64,000 bases of DNA from contig CBDCOX010000002.1 in the NCBI GenBank assembly GCA_965219995.1, positions 4,160,001-4,224,000 of the forward strand, read 5' to 3'. The notes beneath the pieces were generated by a model. The model did no database searches, was not told the DNA's origin, and worked only from the letters and a program-made list of their open reading frames with translations. Every line of letters begins with the position of its first letter. The first letter of the stretch is position 1. The translations under genes and the position numbers were made by a program. The DNA is from Candidatus Latescibacterota bacterium (GTDB taxonomy: Bacteria > Latescibacterota > UBA2968 > GCA-2709665). This document shows positions 52,831 through 62,859 of this stretch, piece after piece.

Positions 52831-54384
52831 CTAAGGCGATACCTTTTTCAGGTACTCCAGGTCCAGTTCCGGGTACGCCGGATATCTGTCGAGCAGATCG
52901 GCTACCGCGCCGCGGGCTTCTTCGAGCGCATCCCTTCGGGTACGTGCCCGCGCCTTGCTGGGATTTCCGGCCTGGTTGCCCTTCTTGATCAAGGCGGGCC
53001 TTGTGTTCAAGAGTACAAGGCGCAAAACAGAAGCGATCTGCCGCATTTCCCCCGCGCCCATGCCGAGCGTGGTGAGGGCCGGTGTGCCAAGCCGGAGGCC
53101 GCTCGTATACCAGGCGCCGTTCGTGTCGAAAGGCAGGGCATTTCGGTTGAGGGTGATTCCAGCATTTCGAAGGACGGACTCCGCCTGCCGTCCGGTGAGA
53201 CCCAGCGGCGTTACGTCGATGAGCACCATATGGTTTTCGGTGCCGCCGGTGAGTACGTCAAGCCCCTCTTCGCCGCAGGCCTCGGCCAGGTCTCGTGCAT
53301 TGTCCACAATTCGGCGCGCATAGGTTCCGAATGCATCCGTACCGGCCTCTTCGAAGGCGACGGCCTTCGCGGCGATCGCATGGGGAAGGGGACCGCCCAG
53401 CACCATCGGACACCCCCGGTCCACGTGTTCGGCGAATTCCTCCCTGCAGAGAACCATGCCGCCTCGCGGCCCCCTGAGGGTCTTGTGGGTCGTGGTGGTC
53501 ACGACGTCGGCGTGGGCCACGGGATCGTATTCTCCCGTGAAGACTCTGCCCGCCACCAGTCCCGCGAAGTGCGCCATGTCCACCATGAAGACCGCGCCGA
53601 CTTCATCCGCGATTTCCCTGAAGATGCGAAAATTGATCTTCCGTGTGTAGGCGCTGTACCCGGCCAGGAGAATCAGGGGTCTGAACGCTTTCGCCTGGCT
53701 TCGGACCCGATCGTAATCGATACGTTTGGTTTCCGGGTCGACACCGTAGGATTCGACGTGGAACATTTTCGCCGATACGTTGTGCCGGTAACCGTGGGTG
53801 AGGTGGCCGCCGGAGTAGTAGTCGAGGCCCAGTAATTTCTGATTGCCCAGCGCGGTCCTGAGTTCCCGCCAGTCGCCGTCGGAAAGGGCCCCGGGATCGG
53901 TCTTTCCCGTTCGATCCATGAACGGCGCCTGGACGCGGGCGGCGAGGATCGCCCAGAACGCCACGAGGTTTGCGTCTGCGCCGGAGTGGGGCTGTACGTA
54001 CGCATGTTCCGCGCCGAAGAGGCCGCGTGCCAGGGTAGCGGCATGTTTTTCGATGGTATCGACGTTGTCGCATCCGGCATAGAAACGGCGTTCGGGTACG
54101 CCTTCGGCATACTTGTCGGTGAAGAGATTGCCTTGCGCGAGCTGTACGGCCAGCGAGCAATAGTTCTCGCTGGCGATCATCTTCAGGTTGCCGCGCTGGT
54201 GTTCGAGTTCGGCGACGATGGATGCGGCAATCTGCGGCGACACCGAGTGAATCTGTTCGAGTGACGCGAGGTAGGCGACAAATCCGGGATCCGCGGGTTT
54301 GCCGGCGGCGGCGGTCTCCGAGAGATACATGGCAAGGGGCGACGTCGAGCGATTCAACCCGGCAGGTGGTGTAGCCTGAACCAT
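52831..54384 (-). CDS. glyA: Serine hydroxymethyltransferase (long type)
   Basis: [32 protein letters not shown] and [13 protein letters not shown] motifs. Confidence 0.95.
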   Translation of the reverse strand: MVQATPPAGLNRSTSPLAMYLSETAAAGKPADPGFVAYLASLEQIHSVSPQIAASIVAELEHQRGNLKMIASENYCSLAVQLAQGNLFTDKYAEGVPERRFYAGCDNVDTIEKHAATLARGLFGAEHAYVQPHSGADANLVAFWAILAARVQAPFMDRTGKTDPGALSDGDWRELRTALGNQKLLGLDYYSGGHLTHGYRHNVSAKMFHVESYGVDPETKRIDYDRVRSQAKAFRPLILLAGYSAYTRKINFRIFREIADEVGAVFMVDMAHFAGLVAGRVFTGEYDPVAHADVVTTTTHKTLRGPRGGMVLCREEFAEHVDRGCPMVLGGPLPHAIAAKAVAFEEAGTDAFGTYARRIVDNARDLAEACGEEGLDVLTGGTENHMVLIDVTPLGLTGRQAESVLRNAGITLNRNALPFDTNGAWYTSGLRLGTPALTTLGMGAGEMRQIASVLRLVLLNTRPALIKKGNQAGNPSKARARTRRDALEEARGAVADLLDRYPAYPELDLEYLKKVSP

Positions 54385-54723
54385 TCTGTTTCTCCCACGT
54401 TCGGCGGATGGACGGCGCACGTCCGGCGTCGACCGGACACAATAAAACCCGGGCGGGATAACGGTACGTAAAGCCCGGGGGATTGACTCGTTCTGGAGTT
54501 TCTCGTTTTCCATGCGGCGGCTCGTGCGTCTAGCCGCCCAATTGCGCATTGCGCCGCGCGGACACCAATATATCGGTCTTCCGCGACCCGGTCAACTTAT
54601 TTTTCTGGATTCAGGGGCCCTGCGCGGCGCCGGGCCGTCACCGCGCCTACCGTGATTCTCGGAGCCGGAGGCGACCACAATATCGCGGCCGGCGCCCGAT
54701 GAATCCGGTACCGGATTTTCCGC

Positions 54724-54752
54724 TTGCCAATGTCGTGTGGAGGGACTATATT
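54724..54752 (+). promoter_or_regulatory. Sigma70 promoter of the pyrB leader
   Basis: TTGCCA-N17-TATATT. Confidence 0.65.
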
Positions 54753-54759
54753 TTTGCGG

Positions 54760-54834
54760 ATGGCATTCTCCTCGAAACGAATTCGAATTTTCCGATTTTT
54801 CGATGCTATGGTTGCCGTATTTCCGCTCCCCTGA
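54760..54834 (+). CDS. Putative 24-aa leader peptide (pyrL-like) MAFSSKRIRIFRFFDAMVAVFPLP
   Basis: ATG at the predicted TSS, T-rich codons, stop codon inside the attenuator hairpin. Confidence 0.5.
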   Translation: MAFSSKRIRIFRFFDAMVAVFPLP

Positions 54835-54850
54835 AGGGGAGCTTTTTTTT
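54825..54850 (+). terminator. Attenuator terminator upstream of pyrB
   Basis: GCTCCCC-TGAA-GGGGAGC followed by T8, about 45 nt before pyrB. Confidence 0.75.
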
Positions 54851-54893
54851 GTGAAAAGCAGTATCAAAACAGCGCCTGAGGGAGGATTGCTCG

Positions 54894-55820
54894 ATGGACA
54901 GCCTGTTCCACGTGGTCGAGGCGCAGCAGTTCAATCGGGAATTGCTGACGGAGATCTTCGCGGTGACGAAAGAGATGGAGGAGGTCGTAAGCGTCTACGG
55001 GTCCAGCATACTCAACCGCCGGATCATGGCCACGCTGTTTTACGAACCCAGTACCCGCACGCGGCTGTCTTTCGAGTCGGCCATGATCCGTCTGGGAGGG
55101 AGCGTGGTCACGACGGAGTCGGCCAGGGAGTTTTCCTCGGCGGCGAAAGGCGAGACCCTCGAAGACACCATCCGCATCGTGGAGGGATACGCGGACGTGA
55201 TTGTGCTCCGGCACTACGAGGGAGGATCCGCACGGCGGGCGGCGGAAGTGGCGTCGGTGCCGGTCTTGAATGCCGGCGACGGCCCGGGTCAGCATCCTAC
55301 GCAAGCCTTGCTCGACGTATATACGATTCAGAAGGAAATCGGCCGGCTGGACGGGATTTCAGTGGCGATGGTGGGCGACCTTGCCAACGGCCGGACCGTG
55401 CGTTCGCTGGCCTATCTGCTCACCCGGTATGAAGACGTCAAGCTGTATTTCGTTGCGCCCGAATTGGTGCGCATGAAGGCCGACATCAAGGAATACCTGA
55501 GCCGGAACGGGGTGTACTTCGAGGAGCGGGAAGATCTGATCGAGGTCGTGCGAAAGGTCGACGTGGTCTATCAGACCAGGATTCAAAGGGAACGCTTCGG
55601 CGACCGGACGCGGGACTACGAAGCGGCGCGAGGGAGATACATCATCGATACGAAGGTGATGGAGGCCCTGTCCGAAAACGGCCGCGTGATGCATCCCCTG
55701 CCCCGTGTTGACGAGATCGACCCCGAGGTGGATACGGACCCCAGGGCGGCCTATTTCCGGCAGGCGCACAACGGGCTCTACATCAGGATGGCGTTGTTGA
55801 AGATGGTGCTGGTCGCGTGA
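54894..55820 (+). CDS. pyrB: Aspartate carbamoyltransferase catalytic subunit (plant-like)
   Basis: FYEPSTRTRLSF, KGETLEDT, NAGDGPGQHPTQALLD, YQTRIQRERF and MHPLPR motifs. Confidence 0.96.
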   Translation: MDSLFHVVEAQQFNRELLTEIFAVTKEMEEVVSVYGSSILNRRIMATLFYEPSTRTRLSFESAMIRLGGSVVTTESAREFSSAAKGETLEDTIRIVEGYADVIVLRHYEGGSARRAAEVASVPVLNAGDGPGQHPTQALLDVYTIQKEIGRLDGISVAMVGDLANGRTVRSLAYLLTRYEDVKLYFVAPELVRMKADIKEYLSRNGVYFEEREDLIEVVRKVDVVYQTRIQRERFGDRTRDYEAARGRYIIDTKVMEALSENGRVMHPLPRVDEIDPEVDTDPRAAYFRQAHNGLYIRMALLKMVLVA

Positions 55821-55909
55821 TCGAATTTGTTTACCGGCGCCTTTTCTCGCGTCGTATCTTGTGTTCTCGGCAACGGTCGGCTTTTTCTCTATCGTAAGGC
55901 CCCTATACC

Positions 55910-58900
55910 ATGACCATAATCAAGTCACTTGAGCGAACCGGCACCTGGCGGACATACTCCGTCGCCGATGGCCTGCCGGGTGTCCGCATCGAACATATCG
56001 CCGAAGACAGCCAGGGATATATCTGGATTGCCACCTCGGACAACGGCGCCAGCCGTTTTGACGGGGACGATTTCCGCACGTTTACCCAACAGGACGGGCT
56101 TTGTGGCAATCGGGTCTTTTTCATTCACAGAGACCGTCAGGAGAAATTGTGGTTTGCCACCATTAATGGCGTTTGCTGGTACGATGGCGCCTCCTTCCAT
56201 CATTTGGAGGACGACGGCATCGCCGGACGCTCCGTCGAGTTTCTCTATGAAGATCGGCAGGGCCGTATATGGTGTGGTGGTTCCGGCACTCTGGGGTATT
56301 ACGACGGTACGGCTTTCCACGACATGATCCCCCTCTACTTGCAACACTACCGGCAGCCACCATCGCCTCAGTGGCCCAGCCTGTGTCGGGGCATTGCCCA
56401 GGATCGCGAAGGACATCTGTGGTTTGGTTTTAATTATCTCATCCGCTACGACGGTAAATCCTTCCACCGTTACGAAGAGGAAGACGGTTTCCCCCAGGTT
56501 CACATCAGCTACATCCTGGGGCAGGGCCCTGCGGGCAACGTGTGGATAAACATGCCGCGAGATCGAGGCATTCTTCATTACCCTGCGAGTGGCGCGTTTC
56601 AGTCTTTTCAGGTAGACCTGACTGGCGGCCTCCGCAAGATTCAATGCGACCGGGACGGAAGGGCGTGGCTCTGCACCTCGCAAGAAGCGCTCTACGAGGA
56701 CGTCGACGGGTTCAACAGGTTCACGCCTGACGATGGCCTGCCCCATCCCATCGTCAAAGCCATGTTCCACGACCACGAGGATCGGTTCTGGTTCGCCACG
56801 TGGGGTGGTGTCGGGGTTTACGATGCACATGGTATAAGCGTGTTCGACCTCGGCGCGCAGCGCCCCGAAAACACGGGCGCGGTCTCGCAAATTGTGCAGG
56901 ACCGGCGAGGGGACTTGTGGATCGGGTACGCGTCTCCCTATCTCTTTCCCAACAAGAAAAGCGTCGGCCGCCTGGAGGGCGATCGCCTCGTACGTGTAGA
57001 GACCGAACGTGGTCTTGAAATTGGTAACTGTTTCGCGATTCACGAGGACCTTGACGGAGACCTGTGGTTTGGCGGTCATAGGGGCCTTTTCCGCTACGAC
57101 GGACAGCAAATGAAGGAAGAAGAACCAATCTCATGCGTACGAGGAAAGAACGTCTGCGCAATCGCACAGGATCATAGTGGAAAATTTATTTTGGGGTATT
57201 GGGAAGGCGGCCCGAAGTCATTGGATGGGCTCTATACCAGCCCACTGAAGATCGTCTACCAATGGGGCGGGCAGTTCCGGACGATTTTTGTGGAGGACGA
57301 CAAGAAAGTCCCGTACGGCCGCATTGGTGCTGTGGTCGCCACGCGCCGAAACGAGCTCTACTTCCATTTGACAGGTGGCGATAGCCTGGCAAGCGGCACC
57401 GGCCTGGCTCGCTGGCATCCCGATGATGGCCTGACATTTTATGGGATCGAAGACGATCTGATAGACAACAACGTCACGGACTTGCTGTTGGACCGGCATG
57501 AAAACCTGTGGATCGCCACTGCGAATGGACTCAGTCGTTTTGACGGCAGCGCATTCCGCACCTTCACAACCGAAGACGGGCTGCCGAACGACCACGTCCG
57601 GTGCCTGTATGAGGACCGGCGCGGACACCTCTGGCTCGGTACTCACGCCGGCGTGGCTCACTACGACGGCCGGCTCTTCCAGACCGTCAACTCACCGCAT
57701 ATAGGACTGGTCTACCGGATACTTGAAGATCGCGACGGAACTTTCTGGTTTGGCACGGCAACCGGTTCCGTGATACGATACCGTCTGCGGCAGACGCCAC
57801 CCCGGATTCGACTGCTTCAGGTTATTGCGGATCGTGTCTATAAGGCCTCGGAGGAAGTCATCCATTCCACCCCGGACCAGCAGGTGGTGTTCGAGTACGC
57901 GGGCAGGAGTTTTTCCACCCCTTCCTCCGACATGCTCTACATCTACCGGCTGAACGGACACGACCCCGATTGGCAGCGTGCGTCCAGGGACAGGCGGGCC
58001 TATTATCGTGACCTGCCGCCTGGAGAATACACCTTCCAGGTAAGGGCCGTGGATCGTGACCTCAATTACTCCAGGATAGCGCAAACGCGGCTTTCGGTAC
58101 AGCCCGACCCGCGTATCGAGGCTCTGACCATTGCGCTCAACAGCCAGGAAAACCGGAAATTCATCGGTCAGAGCACAACCATGCGAGAATTCCAAATCAA
58201 GCTGAGACGCGTGGCGGACACGGACACCAGCGTTCTGATTATGGGCGAAACGGGTGTGGGCAAAGGACTGGCTGCGCGGGCGCTGCATGCCCTCAGCGGC
58301 AATCGCGATGGGCCCTTTATGCAGGTCAACTGCGGCGCTTTGCCGGAGGGGCTGATCGACAGCGAGCTCTTCGGTCACGAAAGAGGCGCTTTCACCGGAG
58401 CCGTTTCCCGCCGGCTGGGCAAGGTGGAACTCGCCACGGGCGGCACGCTCTTTCTGGATGAGATCGGCGATATGTCTCTGGAAACGCAGGCCAGATTGCT
58501 GCGAATCCTGGAAGAGAAGACCTTTGAGCGAGTTGGGGGCAGCCGGACGCTGACACTGCAGACGCGGATTGTGGCGGCGACCAATCGCGATCTGGAGTTG
58601 ATGGTCATCGCTGGTGATCTCCGCGAGGATCTCTACTACCGCTTTCAGGCCTTTCCACTGCGATTGCCACCCCTGCGTGAGCGCCTGGAGGATATACCCC
58701 TCCTGGCCGACTATTTCAAGGATCGAATGGCGGCGCATCTGGGCAGGCGGATCGGCGCCCTGCCGCCGGAGATCATCGAGGAGTTGCAAGCCTGCGACTG
58801 GCCGGGGAACGTACGTGAGCTGGAGCACGCCATGCAGCGTGCCGTCATCGCGTGCCAGGGTTCTCAGATTGGAATGGAAGACCTCGGACTTCGTGAGATT

Positions 58901-59140
58901 GGCGCCCGACCTGGACTCCCGGCGCTTCCATTGACAGGATCCCTGCCCGCTTCTCCGGACTTCGAACTCATACCTCTGGATGAACTTGAACGCCGCTACA
59001 TTCTTGCAGTGCTCGAGGCGACCCGCTGGAAGATCAAGGGGAACGGCGGCGCGGCGGCGCGGCTGGGTTTGCCGTCTTCGACGCTGTATAGCCGTATGAA
59101 GAAACTGGGCATCGAACGAGCAAGTCGTTCAGCTGGTTGA
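55910..59140 (+). CDS. Sigma54 enhancer-binding protein with Reg_prop beta-propellers and Y_Y_Y domain
   Basis: Repeated DGL......I.ED..G.LW; Y.Y.L.G.D..W...Y..L.PG.YTFQV; GETGVGK, GAFTGA, LFLDEIG, WPGNVREL; Fis-type HTH. Confidence 0.93.
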   Translation: MTIIKSLERTGTWRTYSVADGLPGVRIEHIAEDSQGYIWIATSDNGASRFDGDDFRTFTQQDGLCGNRVFFIHRDRQEKLWFATINGVCWYDGASFHHLEDDGIAGRSVEFLYEDRQGRIWCGGSGTLGYYDGTAFHDMIPLYLQHYRQPPSPQWPSLCRGIAQDREGHLWFGFNYLIRYDGKSFHRYEEEDGFPQVHISYILGQGPAGNVWINMPRDRGILHYPASGAFQSFQVDLTGGLRKIQCDRDGRAWLCTSQEALYEDVDGFNRFTPDDGLPHPIVKAMFHDHEDRFWFATWGGVGVYDAHGISVFDLGAQRPENTGAVSQIVQDRRGDLWIGYASPYLFPNKKSVGRLEGDRLVRVETERGLEIGNCFAIHEDLDGDLWFGGHRGLFRYDGQQMKEEEPISCVRGKNVCAIAQDHSGKFILGYWEGGPKSLDGLYTSPLKIVYQWGGQFRTIFVEDDKKVPYGRIGAVVATRRNELYFHLTGGDSLASGTGLARWHPDDGLTFYGIEDDLIDNNVTDLLLDRHENLWIATANGLSRFDGSAFRTFTTEDGLPNDHVRCLYEDRRGHLWLGTHAGVAHYDGRLFQTVNSPHIGLVYRILEDRDGTFWFGTATGSVIRYRLRQTPPRIRLLQVIADRVYKASEEVIHSTPDQQVVFEYAGRSFSTPSSDMLYIYRLNGHDPDWQRASRDRRAYYRDLPPGEYTFQVRAVDRDLNYSRIAQTRLSVQPDPRIEALTIALNSQENRKFIGQSTTMREFQIKLRRVADTDTSVLIMGETGVGKGLAARALHALSGNRDGPFMQVNCGALPEGLIDSELFGHERGAFTGAVSRRLGKVELATGGTLFLDEIGDMSLETQARLLRILEEKTFERVGGSRTLTLQTRIVAATNRDLELMVIAGDLREDLYYRFQAFPLRLPPLRERLEDIPLLADYFKDRMAAHLGRRIGALPPEIIEELQACDWPGNVRELEHAMQRAVIACQGSQIGMEDLGLREIGARPGLPALPLTGSLPASPDFELIPLDELERRYILAVLEATRWKIKGNGGAAARLGLPSSTLYSRMKKLGIERASRSAG

Positions 59141-59213
59141 AGCTGCTGCGCCGGCTGATCAGGCCCGGAGGTCTCGGCTTCCGGCTCGGATGACGGCGTC
59201 CGCCGACCCTCCG

Positions 59214-59345
59214 TAAAGGGCGATATATCGACAAGGACGATATATCGCCCTTTATTCATAAATAACTGTTTTTTTTTGGTAATAAACGAGCCAGGCTGAG
59301 TTATTGGACGAAATATCGCCCAATAATGATCGGCCTGGCTCGTTT
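59214..59345. promoter_or_regulatory. Palindromic upstream activator sequences (CGATATATCG x2, CGAAATATCG x1)
   Basis: Perfect 17-bp IR TAAAGGGCGATATATCG-N7-CGATATATCGCCCTTTA; second IR AAACGAGCCAGGC...GCCTGGCTCGTTT around CGAAATATCG. Confidence 0.65.
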
Positions 59346-59421
59346 TGTTGTGTGCCTTGAAGTATTCCTAACCTCTATTAAAACAGCATGTTACGAGATA
59401 TTTTTTTCAGTGCGATACACG

Positions 59422-59436
59422 TGGCACAGGTATTGC
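59422..59436 (+). promoter_or_regulatory. Sigma54 (-24/-12) promoter
   Basis: TGGCAC-AGGTA-TTGC is an exact match to TGGCAC-N5-TTGC. Confidence 0.85.
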
Positions 59437-59618
59437 CCTTGTAAGAATGCGTTTCATTCATCCGACCCGACCGGGACCCGCGCCGCGATCGCCTTCGACG
59501 CATGCGTACGGGTTCACCCTCACGCCGCATCCGGATGTTTCCGAGGGCGACCGGCTCGGGCTACCCATCTCAAGGCATTTGAGCCGGTAAGAGACGAATA
59601 CAGACGAGGGATGTCAAA

Positions 59619-62324
59619 ATGGGCAAAATCCGAGCTGCCGCCACCAGGAACCGCCAGACACTTTCGTTCGCCGTTCCATTCGCCGCGGCCGTGTTGCTGT
59701 TTCTATGGGTGCTGATCGCGCCATGGTCGTCTTCTTCGCAGTCCAGCGGCTTTTCGCTGACTCTGGATCTGGATGATGCCGAGGGCGACCAGTCTGTATC
59801 CTCCCTGGACGTGGCTCCAGGCGAGTTGCTTTCCGTCCAGATCTTCGGCGTGGATATTCAGAGCGCCAAGGGCATCGCCGCACGCATCGCGTTCAACACG
59901 ACACAGGTTGGGTACGTGGGGTTCGACACCGGGAACCTGTTGCCGAGTGCCCATACGCTTGTCGTACAGGATTCGGCCGCGATCCGAATAACCATCTCGT
60001 CATTGAGTGGTTCCGCAGCCACGAATGCAGGATTGCTGGGGACGGTACGGTTTCGTACGACCCCCGCATTTACGGACACGGAGATCTGGCTGGTGCGCGC
60101 CGAGATAACCCGCGGTGGTCGTTCGGAGCAGGGACCGGACGTCGTAGGGGTTGTCCTGGAGGTTCCCGTGCCGCCATCCTCGGACTTTAATGAGAGCGGT
60201 GTTGTTGACTTTGCCGACTTCGTGCTGTTTGCAGGCGCATTTGGATACCGGGAGGGCGACGAGGCATTCGATGGCAGATACGATCTGAACGGCGACGAGG
60301 CGATCGCGTTCGACGATTTCGTCATCTTCGCGAGGAGGTTCGGGGAAGCGGTGAACCGTGCGCCGGTGTTCGCGCACGAGCTCCCGGCGGCGCGCTCCGT
60401 GATTGAGAACGCAGCTGCGGGTCAACCTGTCGGCGAATCCGTCTCGGCCACGGACGCGGACGGCGATGCGCTCCGCTACGAGTTGCGAGGGCCGCACGCG
60501 GACCGGTTCAGCATTGACGCGAGCACGGGTCAGCTGCTGACGAGACAAGGGATTGCCTACGACTATGAGGCGCAGGACGCGTATTCCGTAACCGTGCGTG
60601 TCGTGGACGGCAAGGGGGGGCGCGCGCGTCTCCGGGTCAACATCGCCGTTACGGACGCGGAGGAATCGCCGGGCGCGGCGCCGCCGCAGTTCGTGGTGGA
60701 ATACGGCGACGAAGGTGTGACGGTGCGATGGGTCGCATCGACGGACGAGGCGGGGAAGCCGCCGGTGAGCGGATACGAGGTGCAGCGTCGACAGACCGAT
60801 AGTGACGAATGGACGGACCTGTCGATCCTGGAAAGCCGTGGGGATACGAGCCTCACGCTGACGGATCTGATCAGCGACAAGACGTATGAGGTGCGTGTGC
60901 GGACGCTCAACGAGGATGGCGCCAGCGAATGGTCGGCGCCCATCACCGTAAAGGGACCGTCGCCGCCACCTCCACCGCCGCCACCGCCGCCACCACCACC
61001 TCCAACACCTCCACCGCCACCACCGCCACCACCGCCACCACCTCCGCCACCACCTCCGCCACCACCTCCGCCGCCGGCTTCCCATGGTGTCTGCGGCCGT
61101 ACCGCGCAGGTGCGTGATGCGATCGTCGCGTCGGCAGGGGTAAGCACGTGTAGTGAGGTCACGGCGCAACACCTGGCTGCAATCACAGAACTTCAACTGT
61201 GGAGAAAGGACATTACAACATTGGAGGCCAACGATTTTTCCAATATGGGTGCGCTGGTGACGCTCAACCTGAACTACAACAGAATCAGCAGCCTTCCGGC
61301 CGGCATCTTCTCCCATCTTTCAAAACTCGAAAGACTCTGGCTATTCCGCAACGAACTCACCAGCGTAGATGCGAGTCTCTTTTCCGGTCTTTCAGCACTG
61401 AAGGAGCTTGTACTGGCAGCCAATAAACTCAGCAGCATTGATACCAATCTCTTCTCAAGCCTGCCGAATCTGGAATTGCTACGGCTGGACGAGAATGACC
61501 TCACCAGCGTTGATGCGGATCTCTTCTCGAACTTGCGGAACCTTAAGAAACTCGCCTTGGGTACAAACCACATCAGCAGCCTGGATGCGAATATCTTCTC
61601 AAATCTGTCGGCGTTGGAGGAACTCAGCCTGTTCGACAACGACATCACCAGCCTGGATGCGAATCTCTTCTCAAGCCTGCGGAACCTGGTGATGCTAAGT
61701 ATCTCGAATAACCCCTTCGGCACTCTGGACTCGAGCATCTTCTTGAATCTGCGGAAACTGGAGTACCTCGGTCTTGCTGATAATGCGCTCGGTAATCTGG
61801 ATGCGGGTCTCATCTCCAGCTTGTCGGCACTGAAGAGACTTCATCTAAGCGGCAATGGAATCAGCAGCCTGGATGCGGGTTTTTTCTCCAATTTTTCCGA
61901 ACTGGAATTCCTGTCATTGAGCCACAACGAATTCAGCTCCCTGCCGGCCGGTCTATTCACCGGGCTGACGTCACTGACAGAGCTTCGCATATATGGGAAT
62001 CCCACCGACCCGTTGCCCATCACAGTTTCTCTCGAGAAGACGGCGGACGGGCAGTTCAAGGCCAAAGCGCACACGGGAGCGCCTTTCAGGATGTCGCTTC
62101 CACTCCAGGTGGTTAATGGTTCGGTCACCGGCGGCGCGGCCAGCATTGTGATATCCCGGGGCAGCCTGGACAGTGACGCTTTGACGGTAACCCGCACGGC
62201 CGGCACTACCGCCGCCGTGACTGTTGACATCGTCTCGCTTCCCGTCCTGCCGGAAAGATACTACGGCATCGCGCTTGTCAAATCGACCGATCTGCCGCTG
62301 CAGATTATCGCGCCGACGCAGTAA
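59619..62324 (+). CDS. Secreted multidomain protein: cohesin-like, EF-hand/dockerin-like, cadherin, FN3, poly-Pro linker, LRR
   Basis: N-terminal TM/signal; DFNESGVVDFADF and DLNGDEAIAFDDF; ATDADGD...DYE; YEVRVR..N..G.SEWS; more than 30 Pro; about 11 x 24-aa LxxLxLxxNxLxxL repeats. Confidence 0.88.
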   Translation: MGKIRAAATRNRQTLSFAVPFAAAVLLFLWVLIAPWSSSSQSSGFSLTLDLDDAEGDQSVSSLDVAPGELLSVQIFGVDIQSAKGIAARIAFNTTQVGYVGFDTGNLLPSAHTLVVQDSAAIRITISSLSGSAATNAGLLGTVRFRTTPAFTDTEIWLVRAEITRGGRSEQGPDVVGVVLEVPVPPSSDFNESGVVDFADFVLFAGAFGYREGDEAFDGRYDLNGDEAIAFDDFVIFARRFGEAVNRAPVFAHELPAARSVIENAAAGQPVGESVSATDADGDALRYELRGPHADRFSIDASTGQLLTRQGIAYDYEAQDAYSVTVRVVDGKGGRARLRVNIAVTDAEESPGAAPPQFVVEYGDEGVTVRWVASTDEAGKPPVSGYEVQRRQTDSDEWTDLSILESRGDTSLTLTDLISDKTYEVRVRTLNEDGASEWSAPITVKGPSPPPPPPPPPPPPPPTPPPPPPPPPPPPPPPPPPPPPPPASHGVCGRTAQVRDAIVASAGVSTCSEVTAQHLAAITELQLWRKDITTLEANDFSNMGALVTLNLNYNRISSLPAGIFSHLSKLERLWLFRNELTSVDASLFSGLSALKELVLAANKLSSIDTNLFSSLPNLELLRLDENDLTSVDADLFSNLRNLKKLALGTNHISSLDANIFSNLSALEELSLFDNDITSLDANLFSSLRNLVMLSISNNPFGTLDSSIFLNLRKLEYLGLADNALGNLDAGLISSLSALKRLHLSGNGISSLDAGFFSNFSELEFLSLSHNEFSSLPAGLFTGLTSLTELRIYGNPTDPLPITVSLEKTADGQFKAKAHTGAPFRMSLPLQVVNGSVTGGAASIVISRGSLDSDALTVTRTAGTTAAVTVDIVSLPVLPERYYGIALVKSTDLPLQIIAPTQ

Positions 62325-62616
62325 TTTCAGAACGTCCTCGAATTTACCGGTCGTATTCTTTAGCGTCGGCAATATTTGCGTGACATAGTTGCACGCACAA
62401 ACTGGTTCCTGACAGTTCCTGACGCGAAAGGGAGTTTTGTCGGGTATGGGACCTCTACCGGCCTTGGCACGTTGGCGTTCAGTGGCGTAGAGCGAGGCTT
62501 CCGACGAGCCGATAGGGACAAACGGAGGCAGTCGATGAGGATAGTGAGACGCTTGAATGCATCTGTGGGGCGCCGAAGCAGACCACTTCTCGACTGACGC
62601 AAGCACGGATCACAGT

Positions 62617-62832
62617 CCCCCTTCTTTCAGGAAGGGGGCTAGGCGGTAGGTCTCGAAGGCGGGCAGACATTAGACGCAAGAAATGAGATGAAGTGAGTGC
62701 CGAAAGGCCGGGTAGACGTACGAGATTGCCTGCCCCGAGCGGTTTGATTTCTTGCCGGAGGCAAAAAGGAAGAACCAATCAGGCAAGGATGTCATCTACC
62801 GTCTTCCGTCTCACGTCTCCCCGCCTTTAGGG
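62617..62832. repeat. Heptamer-rich repeat, inverted homologue of ~47820-47995
   Basis: Shared GTCATCT..GTCTC..CCGCCTTTAGGG and TGCCGGAGGCA blocks. Confidence 0.65.
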
Positions 62833-62859
62833 GGTCGGTGGCGGTGGGTGGGATGCCTG

